A DNA stretch of 64,000 nt from Octopus sinensis (GCF_006345805.1 NC_043014.1:16182001-16246000), one strand, 5' to 3'; positions 12,806 to 26,860 are shown, numbered from the stretch's first letter. Notes: generated by a model not told the origin, from the letters alone. Program-made: numbers and translations.

Positions 12806-13718
12806 CAGGTAACAATGTTTGTACCATACAGTGAACGTAAATATCTCGAATACTAAAATAATCTTTAGCATTAACAGATATGTAGGACAACTCAAGGGCC
12901 AAGAGAATACAGTCATATGGCTGTCAAAACAACCACATAACCACCTCTATGCTTCACTTTAGGGACTAAATAGTTAGGGTTGAAGGCTTCTTTAGGTTGT
13001 CTCTAGACATAAAATCGCCCCGAAGTGGGGGAAAAAGTGAAAGATGATTCATCAGAAAAGACGACACTGTTCCATTGTGCCACGAGCCACTTCTATTCGT
13101 TTTGTTTTCCGTTTACAAATGTTGATGGGCTCAGAAAGGTTTAGCGATTGCAGCCCTCCAATTGCAACCCTCCAATGGTATCCAGCTTTATGAAGCTCAC
13201 CATGAAGTTTTGGTTGACACAAAGTTGGCAAGATGGTAATTTAACTCTGCTGTAATTTTTGTTGCTGCTGTACAGTTCAATAGTATTTTTAACACAATAC
13301 GTTACACTATTCTCCGGCCCTTCTCTGCGAGCTTTGCATTCCGTCAGGAACTGTGCTCGCCAGAACTGGTTTTTGCCTTGGTTTTGGCATGCCAACATCA
13401 CATTAGAGACTGTACCTTTCGAAACATTAAACAAATCAGCAGCTTTAGCGATTGGAGTTCCAGCCATCCGTGCTCCAACAATTTGTCCTCTTTTGAAATC
13501 AGATAGCTACGCATTTGAAATTATCTAAATATAAATTCAAGAGATGACAGATATTGGTAAGATTCTAGGGAAACATCGGTCATTGGAAACAACCTATCAA
13601 GGCTAATGGCAAGTTAAGACTCGTGACACATTAAGACTCATAGCACATGAAGACTCATTAAGACTAGAATTCGAATTCAGCTGAAGAACGTCACTTCATG
13701 ATTCCTTTGATACCTGTA
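12806..13718 (-). mobile_element. Tc1-like DD(34)E transposase relic
   Basis: Minus strand: SDFKRGQIVGARMAGTPIAKAADLFNVSKGTVS (HTH), WNSVVFSDESSF (first catalytic D, ~13055-13090), PKVKHRGG. Broken frames. Confidence 0.85.
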
Positions 13719-13991
13719 GAAACTATCCTACAAATCTTAGAAAACCGAAAGGAAGTCTAGCTGATATTTATATTCGTGAAAAGTTATTCCACTTTCACGG
13801 ATCTCTATGCCAGCTCAGGCATTCATTGTTATCAAGATAAAGAGCTTACTTTAAGCGGCTCCCACCCTTCTTGCCACAAAATACTTGGAGGGAAACATTA
13901 GTCATCACATGCAGCATAGGAGTTAATTCTTTCTTACTCTCACTTTCAGTATACATACATACATACATACATACATACATACATACATAAT

Positions 13992-14031
<40 letters not shown>

Positions 14032-14708
14032 ACATACATACATACATACATACATACATACATACATACATACATACATACATACATACATACATACATA
14101 CATACATACATACCTGTGTGCGCGAGCGTGTATATACAAGCACAAATATAATTCTTTTATTATAATCCTTAAAAAGTGCAGACGGGTATCTAATTCGTGC
14201 ATATCCCTTCTTTGTCTGTATATAACTGGAATAGATTATATGTTGGTATAGATTTGGCACGAAGTGTACGAGGAAAATTATGTATCAGACCTTGAGCACA
14301 TCAAATTAATTCTCTATTGAATTAATTAATTATAAATATAGAATATAGCCCTGTCCTTAAATAATACTGAGGTTATAACACGTGAAGAGGAACATGACTG
14401 AAATGAAAGACCGCGGTTTCGATCTTCTTTGATCACTATCCTGTGTATGTATGTATGAATGTGTGTATATATATATGTTCTTTATTCTTTTATTTGTTTC
14501 AGTCATTTGACTGGTGCCATGCTGGAGCACCGCCTTTAGTCGAACAAGCGTGTAAAATTACCTGTTAAAGGTAGTTTTCTTTTGTGTTTAAATGTACACT
14601 ATTTAATATTGAGAATATGTTGTCTATTGACTATTTATACACGCTAGGCCACTAGTAGTGATATTTCTAAGAATATTCGCTACCCTATATATGTATCTTA
14701 CGAATATG

Positions 14709-14806
<98 letters not shown>

Positions 14807-15459
14807 GTGTGTGTTAGTGTCTGTTTATTTCTCACCACCGTTTGACAACCGATGTTGGTGTGTTTATGTCAGCCTAACTAAGCAGTTCGGCGAAAGAGCG
14901 GACAGAATAAGTATTAGGCTTTACAAAAAAAAAAACAAAAAAAATCCTGGCGTAGATTCGTTCGACTAAAGTTCTTGAAGCTGGTACCCCAGCATGGCTG
15001 CACTCAAATGACCGAAACGAATAAACGGATAGACACACACACACACACATACACATGCGTTTATGTTTACATATGTGTATATGTGTACACCAGTCAAAAC
15101 GCCACTCTCAGAGCAGACTTTTGGTTACTTCGTTTGGAACGCTGTTAGGTCTTTAGCCGAAATTAAAACTGTAGAATCGAAGAACCTATAAAATGAGGGT
15201 AATATCATTAGTTCTTTATTTGCATCAATATAATTTATATTGCGAAAATTTGTTGAATCAAAACTTCACCCGATCTTCAAGAACCTTCGTTTGTTCTCTC
15301 TTCCGATCTTGCTTTGCCACATTTTATTTTTGGTTTCATATCGTTACGTAACAACTCTTCCAAGGCCGTTTCAATGCAAATAGGTTTTCGTTCGCGAATT
15401 TCAATTTGATTTTTAAATACAAGTTGAAAGAAAATTAAGTTAGCTCAAGATATTGGTTT

Positions 15460-15640
15460 CAAATTTTGGCACTAGACCAGCAAGTTCGCGGTAGTGTGTA
15501 ACTGGTACTTATTTTATCGACCCGAAAGGATGAAAGTCAATCTCAGCGGAATTTGAACTCAGAAGGTAAAGACGGCCGAAATGCCGCTAAGCATTTTGAC
15601 CATCGTGCTAATGATTCTGCCAGCTCACCGCCTTAAGTTA
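15460..15640 (-). mobile_element. SINE family A copy
   Basis: CCCGAAAGGATGAAAG..GGAATTTGAACTCAG..CTGCCAGCTCACCGCC. Confidence 0.8.
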
Positions 15641-15789
15641 GCACATAATGCTAAAGAACTTTTTCTTCTTGAGCTCAGTATGAGAAAACTGAGTGTCGTT
15701 AAATGTTCCATGGCTTTTATGTGAAGGGAAAAAATTTATTCAATAACAAAACTGCTACTCAGATGTACCGTATCCCTATTCAGAGTAAC

Positions 15790-16020
15790 AACTTCTGGGA
15801 CCAGTGGGGCTGCTGAGCAAGAAGAAAAGAAAAGGAGCAGAAAAGACTGACAAAGAAGGGACCTTCTGTCCGAAACCACCTATCCCACTTGTGGAAGGAG
15901 CTTCTGAGCAAAAATTGGACTCATCATTTACCTCAGGATCCATCAATTAAAAAAAAAAACGAAGTAAAAAATCAAAGACCATTGTCCTCGACCTCGCGGG
16001 ATAGCCACGAGAACGACCCC
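15790..16020 (+). mobile_element. 3' end of an RTE/BovB-type LINE
   Basis: Translates to ...ETTYPTCGRSF*AKIGLIIYLRIH, a degenerate C2H2 finger typical of RTE C-termini. Confidence 0.6.
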
Positions 16021-17119
16021 TATCCAACAAAAATGCTTTGCTACCGAAATATATGTAAAAGTTTAAAGGAGTTCCAAAACTCGTTGGAACTATTTTCATT
16101 GTTTGTCATCCAATTTCTGAATAGGTTAAAAATAATTCGCCAACCGTTATCGCGCTTGTGGCTCTGTACTTCTGCTTCCATTGTTATACTTCTCAGTATT
16201 TTGTTGGTCGTAAGATGCTAAAGATTTGTCTGAAGTTGCGCCGCCGGCTGGAGGACAACAGTAGCATAGAAACATTCCTCGGATTATCCTGATACCAAAT
16301 ATGTACCATTCATGCGCGCACGTGTGTGTGCACGTACTGTGCGTGTGTGTATGTATGTGCATGTGTTGTATGTGTGTGTGCATGTGAGGTGGAAGTTGGA
16401 AACCCTGGGTATATTAGTCATGGAGCCCTGCAGACACACGTACAGTAATTCGCATTTATTCGCTGAGATGTGAGTGTTTCAGATATGAATTCGTAACTGA
16501 TGATACTTTAGAGGCGGTGAAAAACATGAGATGAATGCACGAAAAGTGTAATATATTTGAAATGGACACAAGGCGGTAGAGGATAGAGAGATAGAGAAGA
16601 GATTAAGAGAGAGAAGAGCCAATGCAAAGTATGATTGAGTCATATCAACAATTAGGTGGATAAGAGGAAACCTGAGCTGACATCTTATGCAATTTTAAAC
16701 CTAATTTCACCCCTTCTTCACGATTTATATTGGAGTGACGTGAATTTGAAGCAAAGGATAGGTAGTTGTTAAGCCAGGTGTTTGTTGAACGAGATGGTCG
16801 AATATTACTTCAGATAAGGTAGATTTACCTTACAAGTAGACAACACACGAAATTAAGGAGGCTATTATAGATTATTGTTTCTTCTGGTCGTTCTACTCAG
16901 ACTTTTTATCAATCTCCGTTTCTTATCGACATTAGTTTCAAGTAGAGGCCAATTGCGGTAGCTGAGATTATGAAATATACGATTGGAAAGTTTACGTCAA
17001 CTGTTCAGCCTTATTTAGTTTTCTTTTCACATAGAAAGTAGAAATATGTCTCGATTTACACTTGTAGACCATTTGTTGGCAGAATCAGTAGAGCGGCGGC
17101 ATTAAAAGTGTTGGACGTA

Positions 17120-17790
17120 TTTTGTCGTATCTCTAGGTTACGAGCTCTAATACTACCTAGGTCAACTGTGTTGCTCAATCCTCTGCGATCGATATAATAA
17201 TGGTTTCACATTTTGACACCAGGCCAGCAACTTCGTGGGCAGGGGTAAGTCGATTACGTCGAACCTAGTGTCCAACTGAAAGTTATATTATCGACCCCGA
17301 AAGGATAAAATACAAAAATCGACCTCGGTGGAATTTGAAATCAGATCGTAAAGACGGACGAAATACCTATTTCTTTACTACCCACAAGGGGCTAAACACA
17401 GAGTGAACAAACAAGGATAGACAAACGGATTAAGTCGATTTTATCGACCCCAGTACGAAACTGGTACTTATTTAATCGACCCCGAAAGGATGAAAGGCAA
17501 AGTCGACCTCGGCGGAATTTGAACTCAGAATGTAGCAGCAGACGAAATACCTATTTCTTTACTACCCACTAGGGGCTAAACATAGTGGACAATCAAGGAC
17601 AGACAAACGGATTAAGTCGATTATATCGACCCCAGTGCGTAACTGGTACTTAATTTATCGATCCCGAAAGGATGAAAGGCAAAGTCGACCTCGGCGGAAT
17701 TTGAACTCAGAACGTATCGGCAGACGAAATACGGCTACGCATTTCACCCGGCGTGCTAACGATTCTGCCAGCTCGCCGCCTTAAAGCGAT
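17120..17790 (-). mobile_element. Concatemer of SINE family A (about four partial/complete copies)
   Basis: GACGAAATACCTATTTCTTTACTACCCAC..GTCGACCTCGGCGGAATTTGAACTCAGAA repeated at ~180-bp spacing; a single head at ~17770. Confidence 0.9.
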
Positions 17791-18619
17791 CGATAAAATA
17801 GTAACAACGATACAAGTACAGAGAGGCCAGCAATGTACCTCCTTCAGTTCTCTTAGGGCGCAAATAATAAGAAAAAAAATTTTTAAAACTCCGTAGAAAC
17901 TCAATTTTAACAATGCATTCCTTTTGTTCTTTTACTGGTTTCAACAACTAGCTTGTGACCATGCTGGAGCACTGCCTTTAAAAGTTTATCCGACCATATC
18001 GACTACAATACTTCTTTTCCAATTTGCAATTTTTTTGATTTTGTCGATTTCTATTTCTCGAACCGCTAGGGTACGGGATATAAATGGAAACGTATAAACA
18101 TCGGTACGGAGACAGACACATACGTACCATGTAAGTACGCGCGCGCGCGAGCGTGTTTGCGTGTGTATGTGTGCGTATGCGTGTGGATGTGTGCATACAT
18201 GTGTGTACACGCAACATCTATCTGTGTGTGTATATGTGTGTGTGTGTGTGTTTGTCTGTGTGCGTGTATGTGCGTGTGTCTGTGTATGTGTGTGTGATTG
18301 AACTCGGAACCACGTGGTTGCGAATCGAATTTCTTAACCATTTACCTATGTATTCACAATGTTTTGCCATCGGAAGTGATCGTCAGCGGTTGTGCATTTA
18401 TAGTACACTTCAATTTGTACTATTGTACCTAAGTAAGAAATCGATATACAAAACGTTGACCATCGACTCGAGGAAGACACGAACGTTACGTAATTGTGTT
18501 TTGCCTCCTCTGTACTCCCAAGTCCATGATCATTGCTGTTAGTGTAAGAAACAAAATCAAAAACCAAAAGTAAATGTTATGATTATGGTAAACTAAAATT
18601 GACCTCAAACGAGGTTTAA

Positions 18620-18840
18620 CACTGTCGATCGACTTGCTAGAAATAGCAGCTAAATCTCTCTAAAATAACACTCATCTTAAAATGGGGAGAAGAAACATTG
18701 GACACTGGGGATGGAAATGGATCTCTGTCGATCGTCCTGTTAGAAATAGCAGCTCATTCTCACTAAAATAGCACATTCCCATTTTAAAATGGGGGAAAAG
18801 TAACATTGGACAGTGCTAGGGGATGGAAATGGATCTCCAT
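18620..18840 (+). repeat. Diverged dimer (~110 bp unit) of a SINE-like segment
   Basis: TGTCGATCG..TAGAAATAGCAGCT..AAAATGGGG..AACATTGGACA..GGGGATGGAAATGGATCTC twice; related (reverse) to the 107-bp minisatellite at 43437. Confidence 0.7.
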
Positions 18841-19163
18841 CGGTTTCGACGATCAGTATTCAGTTCTTCAATTACCTGAAATACCTGCTCTCTGATACGG
18901 AATGAACGTGGCTGAGTATTCCGCAGACACGTGTATCATTAAAGTAATCCACAAGCTGTATCCGAGTGACGCAGTGCATGTCAAGGCCGAATCTTTGAGT
19001 GACGAATATAAATAATCCACCCTAGGCTTGGGTCGACTAGTGGTTTGCCTAAGGGCCATTTGCCGGAGATTCCATGCAGTGTGTTCGAACTCTGGATCTC
19101 GTTGTTGTAACAACAACAACGACGACAACAACAATAACGACAACAACAGCAACAACAGCAAGT

Positions 19164-19535
19164 GGAGGCGCAATGGCCCAGTGGTTAGGGCAGCGGACTC
19201 GCGGTCGGAGGATCGTGGTTTCGATTCCCAGACCGGGCGTTGTGTGTTTGAGCGAAAACACCTAAAGCTCCACGAGGCTCTGGCAGGGGGTGGTGGCGAC
19301 CCCTGTTGTACTCTTTCGCTCCAACTTTCTCTCACTCTTTCTTCCTGTTTCTTGTCCCCGACTTCCTACGCAACCGCTGAGCCTGGATGCGCATTCATCC
19401 ATCCGTCGATGCTCTCGGTGTCGGGGGTTGACCTGTTTTGTCTTCTGCGGGTCTTATGAATAGCAAAGGACCACGTTTCGGACTTCTCCCACTGGGACGA
19501 AGACCGCTTCGCTCAATAAACAAACAAACAAACAG
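19164..19535 (+). mobile_element. tRNA-derived SINE (further family) inserted in a (CAA/CAG)n tract
   Basis: A-box TGGCCCAGTGG, B-box GGTTTCGATTCCC, ends in AATAAAC(AAAC)n; flanked on both sides by CAA-rich repeats. Confidence 0.75.
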
Positions 19536-19964
19536 CAACAGCAGCAACAACAATAACAACGATAGCAGCAGCAACAACAACAACAGCAACAGCAACAACG
19601 ACTACTACGACGACGATAACAACAGCCGCGAGTGTTCTTGCCATGCACATTCTATGAATGTTGTTGGAATGCACATACGAAGGTGCATATCATCATTCTG
19701 TATCACTATAAGCTTCAAGATCGAATCTTGCCAAATTCAATGTTTCATTTCATACGTCCATGGTCTATAAAATTAGTACAAGCCAAGATGTAAACAATGT
19801 AGGCGCCGGCGTCGCTGTGTGGTAAGAAGCTTACTTCTTAACGACATAGTTCCGAGTATAGTCTCAATGCGTGGAACCTTGGGCAAGTATCTTCGACTGT
19901 AGCCGCGGGCCGACCAAAGCTTTGTGAATGGATTTGGTTAACGGAAACTGGAAGAAGCCCATTG

Positions 19965-19995
<31 letters not shown>

Positions 19996-19997
<2 letters not shown>

Positions 19998-20263
19998 GAG
20001 AAAAAGAAAACGGAGAAATTGACATATAGACATCAGTTTATTAGAACATAATTCTATTCTGAACAACATGAAACTCAATTTCACCTACAATTGTTTCCAT
20101 GCTCAATTAAATCAATTTGAGAAATTAAATTAAATTAAATTAAATTTTCATAATAAAATTTAATTTAATTTAAGGTGAAAGTGAGTTTGATATTGTTCAG
20201 AATTGTTTTATGTTCTAATAAATTGATGTCTACATGTCAATTTCTTCGTTTTCTTTTTCTCAT
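19996..20263. repeat. Fold-back element with ~91-bp imperfect arms (19996-20086/20173-20263)
   Basis: ATGAGAAAAAGAAAACGGAGAAATTGACAT..TTTCACCT versus AGGTGAAA..ATGTCAATTTCTTCGTTTTCTTTTTCTCAT. Confidence 0.85.
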
Positions 20264-20402
20264 ACATAAAAAATAGTATACCCGTATCCATCAATGCGAA
20301 GCTAACATCTTTGGTTTTCTAGTGATATACTGGATAAAACCAGGGAACTTGGATGCTGATATCTCTTTAAGAGGATATATATCCTTGATATATATATATC
20401 CT

Positions 20403-20454
<52 letters not shown>

Positions 20455-20509
20455 TCTTTACTCTTTACTCTTTACTCTTACTCTTTACTCTCTTTACTCT
20501 TTACTCTTT

Positions 20510-20670
20510 ACTCTCTTTTACTTGTTTCAGTCATTTGACTGCGGCCATGCTGGAGCACCGCCTTTTAGTCGAGCAAATCGACTCCGGGACTTATTCTTTG
20601 TAAGCCCAGTACTTATTCTAACCAGCATCGGTTGTCAAGCAATGCTAGGGGGACAAACACAGACACACAA

Positions 20671-20704
<34 letters not shown>

Positions 20705-20864
20705 CACAGGCTTCTTTCAGTTTCCGTCTACCAAATCCACTCACAAGGCATTGGTCGGCCCGGGGCTATAGCAGAAGACACTTGCCCAAAATGCCACGCA
20801 GTGGGACTGAACCCGGAACCATGTGGTTGGTTAGCAAGCTACTTACCACACAGCCACTCCTGCG

Positions 20865-20870
<6 letters not shown>
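20510..20870 (-). mobile_element. SINE family B, near-complete copy, with expanded (GAGTAAA)n-like tail at 20450-20520
   Basis: Reverse match to 41885-42258 from the head (GGCTGTGTGGTAAGTAGC) to the tail (AAATGACTGAAACAAGTAAAAGAG). Confidence 0.9.
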
Positions 20871-20946
<76 letters not shown>

Positions 20947-21074
20947 ATATATACTCTGTGTGTGTGTGTTCCCACCACAGCTTGACAACCGGTGTTGGTT
21001 TGTTTACGTTTATGTAGCTTAGTAATAGAGACTGATAGAATAAGTACCTATGTCGATTCATTCCAAACACAAGC

Positions 21075-22829
21075 CATGCTTCTGCACTAATATGACGATG
21101 GGAGTAAAAAGGCAATAGCTCATGCGTCACGATCGTTATTACCAGCAGAAAGGAACTAAAGTCAAATAGAAAAGGAAGTTTTAGCAATCATATTCGGTGT
21201 GTAAAAATTCCATAGGTTTAGTCACGGAAGAAGTTTCTGTTTACAAACGGATCATCGTCTACTACTGGCAACATTCGGTTCTAAAAAAATGAATGCCAAC
21301 ACACACAGCGAATAAACTACAGCGATGGGGCACTACGTTATTGAATTATGACTATAAAATGGAATATTTACCGCCAAAAAGAGCATGTAGATGGTTTGTC
21401 CAGACCGATACCAAAACATTGCAAGCCATTCGAAGATACGGTAATCACAGCATTAAGATCAAAAGGAGAAATAAAAAATGTAATGTGAAATGTTATACGC
21501 AAATTACCGGTAACCCTAGAAGACATAAAATGAAATGCAGAAAAGGACAAATACATAACAGAAATGAAAAGAATACTGTGGACAGGAAAAGTAAATAGGA
21601 ACAGGATTGGTGTGAGACGAAACCAAGACGTGAGCCTATATTCAATTTGTGATGATGTACTGATGTATGCACAGAGAGTAATAATAACTGAAACACTGAA
21701 AAAAAAAATGTTGAGGGAATTTCATGTTGGATATCTTAGTAATTTGAAGATGAAAGCTTTAATACGTAGCTACGTGTACTGGCCTAAAAGGGATAGAGGA
21801 ATCGGAAATTTAGTGAAAGGCTGCAGAGGATGTGCTCTAAGGGCAAAATTACCGACGATAAAAAGTGAACTTTGGCCAAAAGTAGATGTACCGCGGTCGA
21901 GTCTACACATCGATTTCACTGGTCCCTTAAACGGTTAATATTACTTAGTGGTAGTTGATAGTTTCTCTAAATAGCCAGAAATTTTTAAGTGTAAAAAAGC
22001 CAAGCTCCTCAACTACGATAAATTTTCTACATGAGCTATTTGCGAGATTTGTTGTCCCAGACACGATAGTGTCTGACAATGGAAAGCAATTTGTGTCTAT
22101 TGAGTTTAAAAAGTTTTGTAAAACGTTCGCTGTAGAACACATAGCTACTGCGCCATACCATTCCAGATCTAACGGACAAGCAGAACGTTTTGTCGATACG
22201 TTCAAGAAAGCTCTAAGAGAGTCGAATAAGGAAGTCACGGATGAGATAGTGCTACAACAATTGCTAAGAGTATACAGAGTAACACCAAATCCAAACACAC
22301 CAGCAGGTATGACACCAGCGGAGCTGATGTTTTCGAGGAAAATAAATCAGTCTTCGATAATTACTACCTGGTAAGAAAAGGAAAATTGAAATGGATAATA
22401 CAGCAAGATATCTTAAAATTGGTAAAGATGTATTTGTTAGGGCTTATAAGATCGGAAAGCAAAGTTCGTAAGATGGCGTGATTACCAAACGCATAGGAAA
22501 AAGGTTATACTTGGTTAAAGGAAGAAAAAGAGTACACAAGAGACACATGAACCAATTAAAATAAAAAGGTTCGTTGAGAGCGAACTCAAAAGAATGGAAG
22601 AACGAATGGAATGGTCATATGATACTTTTCAAGTACTAACGCCACTACAAATAATTGAACCCAGACGCACAAGTGAATAAAAAAGAAAATGTACGAAGTT
22701 CCTGGAGGTGGATGTCAAATGAAAAAATATTAAAAAAAAGACTAATAAAGGGAGGTGGGGTGATGTAAAAATTATTAATATAAAGAAATAAAATTACACT
22801 ACCTGAGAGAAAAAAATTAAAAGGGGAGA
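21075..22829 (+). mobile_element. Gypsy/Ty3 LTR retrotransposon pol relic (RNase H + integrase)
   Basis: HASRSL..ERN*SQIEKE.LAIIFGV and TDHR (RNase H). H..SYVYWP..C..C integrase zinc finger. HIDFTGP, IVSDNG.QF, TAPYH.RSNGQAERFV (DDE core). Multiple stops and frameshifts. Confidence 0.92.
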
Positions 22830-23055
22830 TGTTATGGGGATAATAATAATAATAATGGAACACCCCTCCTACGTGACGAGTAGTATGTATAGTCGTTACA
22901 AATACTGTGACGTCGAACGGTCGGCAGTAGTCGGTCATAGATAGTCGTGTCTTACTTTCCAATTAACTATACTGCTATACCGGAGTGGATGTTATAGGAT
23001 TACAATATGGAGTATAAAAATAGAACAACGACGTGTGAATTTGGAATGATTAACA
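22830..23055 (+). repeat. Putative 3' LTR of the Gypsy element
   Basis: Polypurine tract AAAAGGGGAGA immediately before TGTTA...; ends ...TAACA (5-bp terminal inverted repeat). No second LTR in the window to confirm. Confidence 0.55.
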
Positions 23056-23684
23056 ACGATAACTTTAGAAAAACGAGCTAAAGAAAAGACAACTATTTGT
23101 TTGTGGACCAGCTACAAATAGCAGCTAAAACTCTCTCAAATCACTTCCCATCGTTTAAAAAAAGGACTAATGTTGCCCTTGTTGTGTTATATCATAAACA
23201 TAGATGGAATGGTCCTGACTTGACCGTATTTAATCAAAAGTTTGCATAATGAGGGAGGAACTGAGACTAAAAACAACAACAATAAAAACAACTACTGCAA
23301 TAATAGAAATATTAAAATTACTAAGTCTCTCTAAAAGAAATCTATAAGATTGCCATATTAATATGGCGATAACAATTAACTACTGCAATATTATAGAGAT
23401 ATGCAGTTTTAGATCGATATCAGTAGAGAAGGAAAAACATTCTAGATGTTGGATAAGGTTGAAGAACAGTAAATGTAATGTTTTATCTAAGGAAAGTTAT
23501 GAAATACAAGATTCAGCTGTGTACGTCTGTAAATCTTTGTTGTTGACATTTTGGAGAGTTGGATTGGTGGCGGGCTATTCACTTTCTTTCTTAGCGTCAA
23601 TAAAGTATGTAATTAGATAGGTAGCTTGCAAGATCAGTATTTACAGATAGACGTAAACATACTCACACACACAAGCACACACAT

Positions 23685-23762
<78 letters not shown>

Positions 23763-25149
23763 ACAGGATGCACTGTATTTATTAACAAATTTAAGCGGGT
23801 CTTAAATGGAAGACAAATTAATAGTGTAGTGAAAATATGAAATAACTTGCATCGCCCGCTCCTGAAGAGTAAGGACCTGTTAGAGATTTTATGGTTGTGT
23901 ATCGGTAAAGAGTTTGCGTTGTAAAGAGGAAGAGGACTTAAGGGAGCGGGTAATGCAGGCTTTGCATAGAAGACCGAGCAAGGATCCTTAAAAACTCGCT
24001 TGACTCGGGAATTCTCTTAAATTTCAGACACGAGATCTTTAGCCTCTGGCCGCATTTTAAACGCTACCTGCTACAGGCGTGGGATTCCCCGTTCGTCTAT
24101 TAGGACCATAATATTTTTTTTGACTGGGTCGATCTAAGGGCGACAACCCATCCCATTTAAGCCTCATTCAGTATATAATATTCTTTTGTTTAAAAATTAA
24201 CTGACCGTAACGGTTTTCTATCTCCAGTTTGAAGAGAGGTCATATGCCCGCGGCCATTGGAGACTGACGAGTCGTCTATACAGCTAAGCGCTTCATGGAT
24301 GCAAAATCATTGGTCTCTCAATGACCGGACATATATTTAACAGTATGTGAATACACTACTGCTCTAACTTTAAAGTGTGCTTCTTTTTCGAATATATGCT
24401 CTATTGAAGATTATATGTGTGCGTGTGTGTGTCTCTGTGTCTGTTCCCCACCACCGCTTACAACGAGTGTTTGTGTGTTTACGTCCCTGTAACTTGGCGG
24501 TTCGGTAAAAGAGAAGGTTAGCAGAAGTACTAGACTTAACAGAAATTAAGTACTAGGGTCGAATTATTCGGCTAAAAGCTCTTCCAGGCGTTGCCCTAGC
24601 ATGGCCGCATTCTAAAGACTGAAACAAGTAAAAGATAAACGATAAAAATATATACGAAGGAGTGCTGAAAAATTCTTGGCGAAAGACCTGGTTGGAAGCC
24701 CAATTTCCGAGTTCTTTTACAGGGCTTAGAAAAACTGAAGAACCGGCGCGATAAGTGTGTGAATCTGAAAAGGGGATATGTTGAATAAAATCATTATTAA
24801 CTGATTCTCCTGTATTTTTACCCAAAGCCAGGAACTTTTCAGCACCCAGTCGTGTTGTGTGTGTGTGTGTGTGTGCGCGCGCGCGTGCGCACGCGTGTTT
24901 ATGTTTGTGTTTGTCCTCCTGCTGCTGCTTGACAACCGATGTTGGTTTGTTTAGGTTCTCGTAAATTAGCACTTCAGTGAAGGAGACCGATAGAATAAGC
25001 ACCATACTTAAAAAAAATGTACTAGGGTCTATTTCTTCGCTTAAACCTTTGAAGGTGATGATCCCAGCATGGCCGCAGTTCAATGATTGAAAGAAGTAAA
25101 CGATAAAAGATAAAGAAAAATTGCTGGGTGTATTTTCTTTTCACTATAA

Positions 25150-26076
25150 CCAACAAAAAGGTAAACATGGGGGAAACAATAAAGATGGATGAATTCATCG
25201 TTCCTCATACAGTAAACTTATATTGTTAAATGAAGCAAGTGAAAAACCTGCAACGAATAGATGCGTATCCTAAAAGCAAGTGAAATAAGAGGTATTGTGA
25301 CAGCAACAGTGCTTACGTAAACAAGAAGTACACGGACAGTGTCGAAAGGAATACTGTAAACCACCTAGTATGGAGGCTCAAAGGCATAGAAAAGGACAGG
25401 AGTCTTTAAAGGCTCAGAAACATAAACTAGGATTTGTTAAATAGTTTGACAAGAAGAATTGTATCTTTTACAGAAAAGGAAGAATTTATTATAGAACAAA
25501 AGAAAGGATCCCTTCTCCAAACTACGGTCCTAGAATACGTATGGAAAAGAAACAGAATGACCGGTGTCTTAAGGTAAAATTACAGATAGATTTTTTATCT
25601 CTGATCTACATGCAATAAATGCTGTTTATCATTAGACATTGTGGTATAAACTTCAGAACTGGTAAGCAAATACCTGAGAAATATCTACTTGATATAACTG
25701 CCAAACGTTTTAGAATTTGATGTACAAGCAGATTCCTTTATGAAAGTCATAGAATATGTGCCAGAAAATAATGAGGAGAAGGCCACGGTCGGTGACCTCA
25801 ATGAGAAAATGCAACGTTATCTGGCTGATTCAGATGCTACAGTATATGGTTCTACTCAAGGAGAAAGTAATAAAATACTTTCGAAATAAAACTATCATAT
25901 CGGTGGCAAACAATGTAGTTAACTCTATGGAGTATTACATCAACCATTCTATATGAATACTATATCTCACCAAAGCAGGAAATCCATGAAGAACAGAATA
26001 ATCGAAACAGCTGTAAAGCTTATCTAGAATGGCATAAAGTTTATTAAGAGAGAGATAGAGAGAGAGATATAGGTAT

Positions 26077-26113
<37 letters not shown>

Positions 26114-26860
26114 TAGAGATAGGTATATAGATAGATAGATAGAGAGAGAGAAAGGTGAGGAGAGATTAAAACAACCATAAAAAGAGAGGGAGAGAAAGAA
26201 AGAGACAAAGAAAGAAGTGGGGAAAGAGATTGTTATCTTGGATACCAAAAATCAAATTGGATTTGGAATGCAACAGCCACTTTGTTTCTGAATTTCTAAA
26301 TATTTTCCTTCAGAAGTTGTTTATTTACACAAACAGATGCAAAGTTTAAGACAGCGTCTGTAGAAAAACAAACAAAAAAACCCCAAAACATTTGCACTGT
26401 GTACCAGACCCTCAGTAATTCTTGCTCTCTCCCAGAAATGTATAAGTACCCAACTAAATCTGTTTTGCTTCTATTTTTCTCACTGATACACAAAATTGTC
26501 TTAAATTCTGCTGCAGTCATGCTGCAGGCTGGAGACGTGTGCTGCAATCGACCAAGGCACTGAAATTCCAAATTTCACAGTATAACAATTCATGCAATAT
26601 TGTTGCCAACAATGTAGACGGCACCTTAATAGCAATAACACGATCTATGATTTGGGCATGATTATAACAATTACACAATGTGTATTACACGGATAACCGA
26701 TTCTCTTGAATACCTTACACAGTTGATAATATAATTGAAGTAGAAAACGTCATTGAACCTGTATTTCATTTCACAAAAACATAGGGTACAAAAGCTACAA
26801 TATCAGCAGTACAAAGGTTACAAAGGTGTAGAGAAATCAACTAGTAATATCAGAAGTTCT
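25150..26860 (+). mobile_element. Highly degenerate DNA-transposon transposase relic, probably Academ-type
   Basis: Fragments across frames: VHGQCRKEYC (~25328), FMKVIEYVPENNEEKATVGDLNEKM (~25737), KNRIIETAVKLI (~25990), TRPSVILAL (~26403), FCCSH, AAIDQGTEIPNF..QFMQY..ANNVD..NNTIYDLGMII (26500-26670). These resemble the ADNVDHN..TLDG..TFHGMG motif I associate with Academ transposases; not verified by a search. Confidence 0.5.

Noticed and set aside
16090-16290. Possible host exon (hydrophobic stretch LWLCTSASIVILLSILLVV)
   Set aside because: No recognisable domain, supported splice structure or partner exons.
19164-19240. tRNA gene
   Set aside because: A/B boxes are present, but the sequence continues into a SINE body with an (AAAC)n tail and I could not fold a proper acceptor/anticodon cloverleaf. 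The same applies to SINE A and B heads.
22745-22830. Alternative Gypsy LTR start at 22761 after GGGAGGTGGGG
   Set aside because: The downstream AAAAGGGGAGA|TGTTA pairs with a TAACA end and is the more canonical boundary; unresolved without the 5' LTR.
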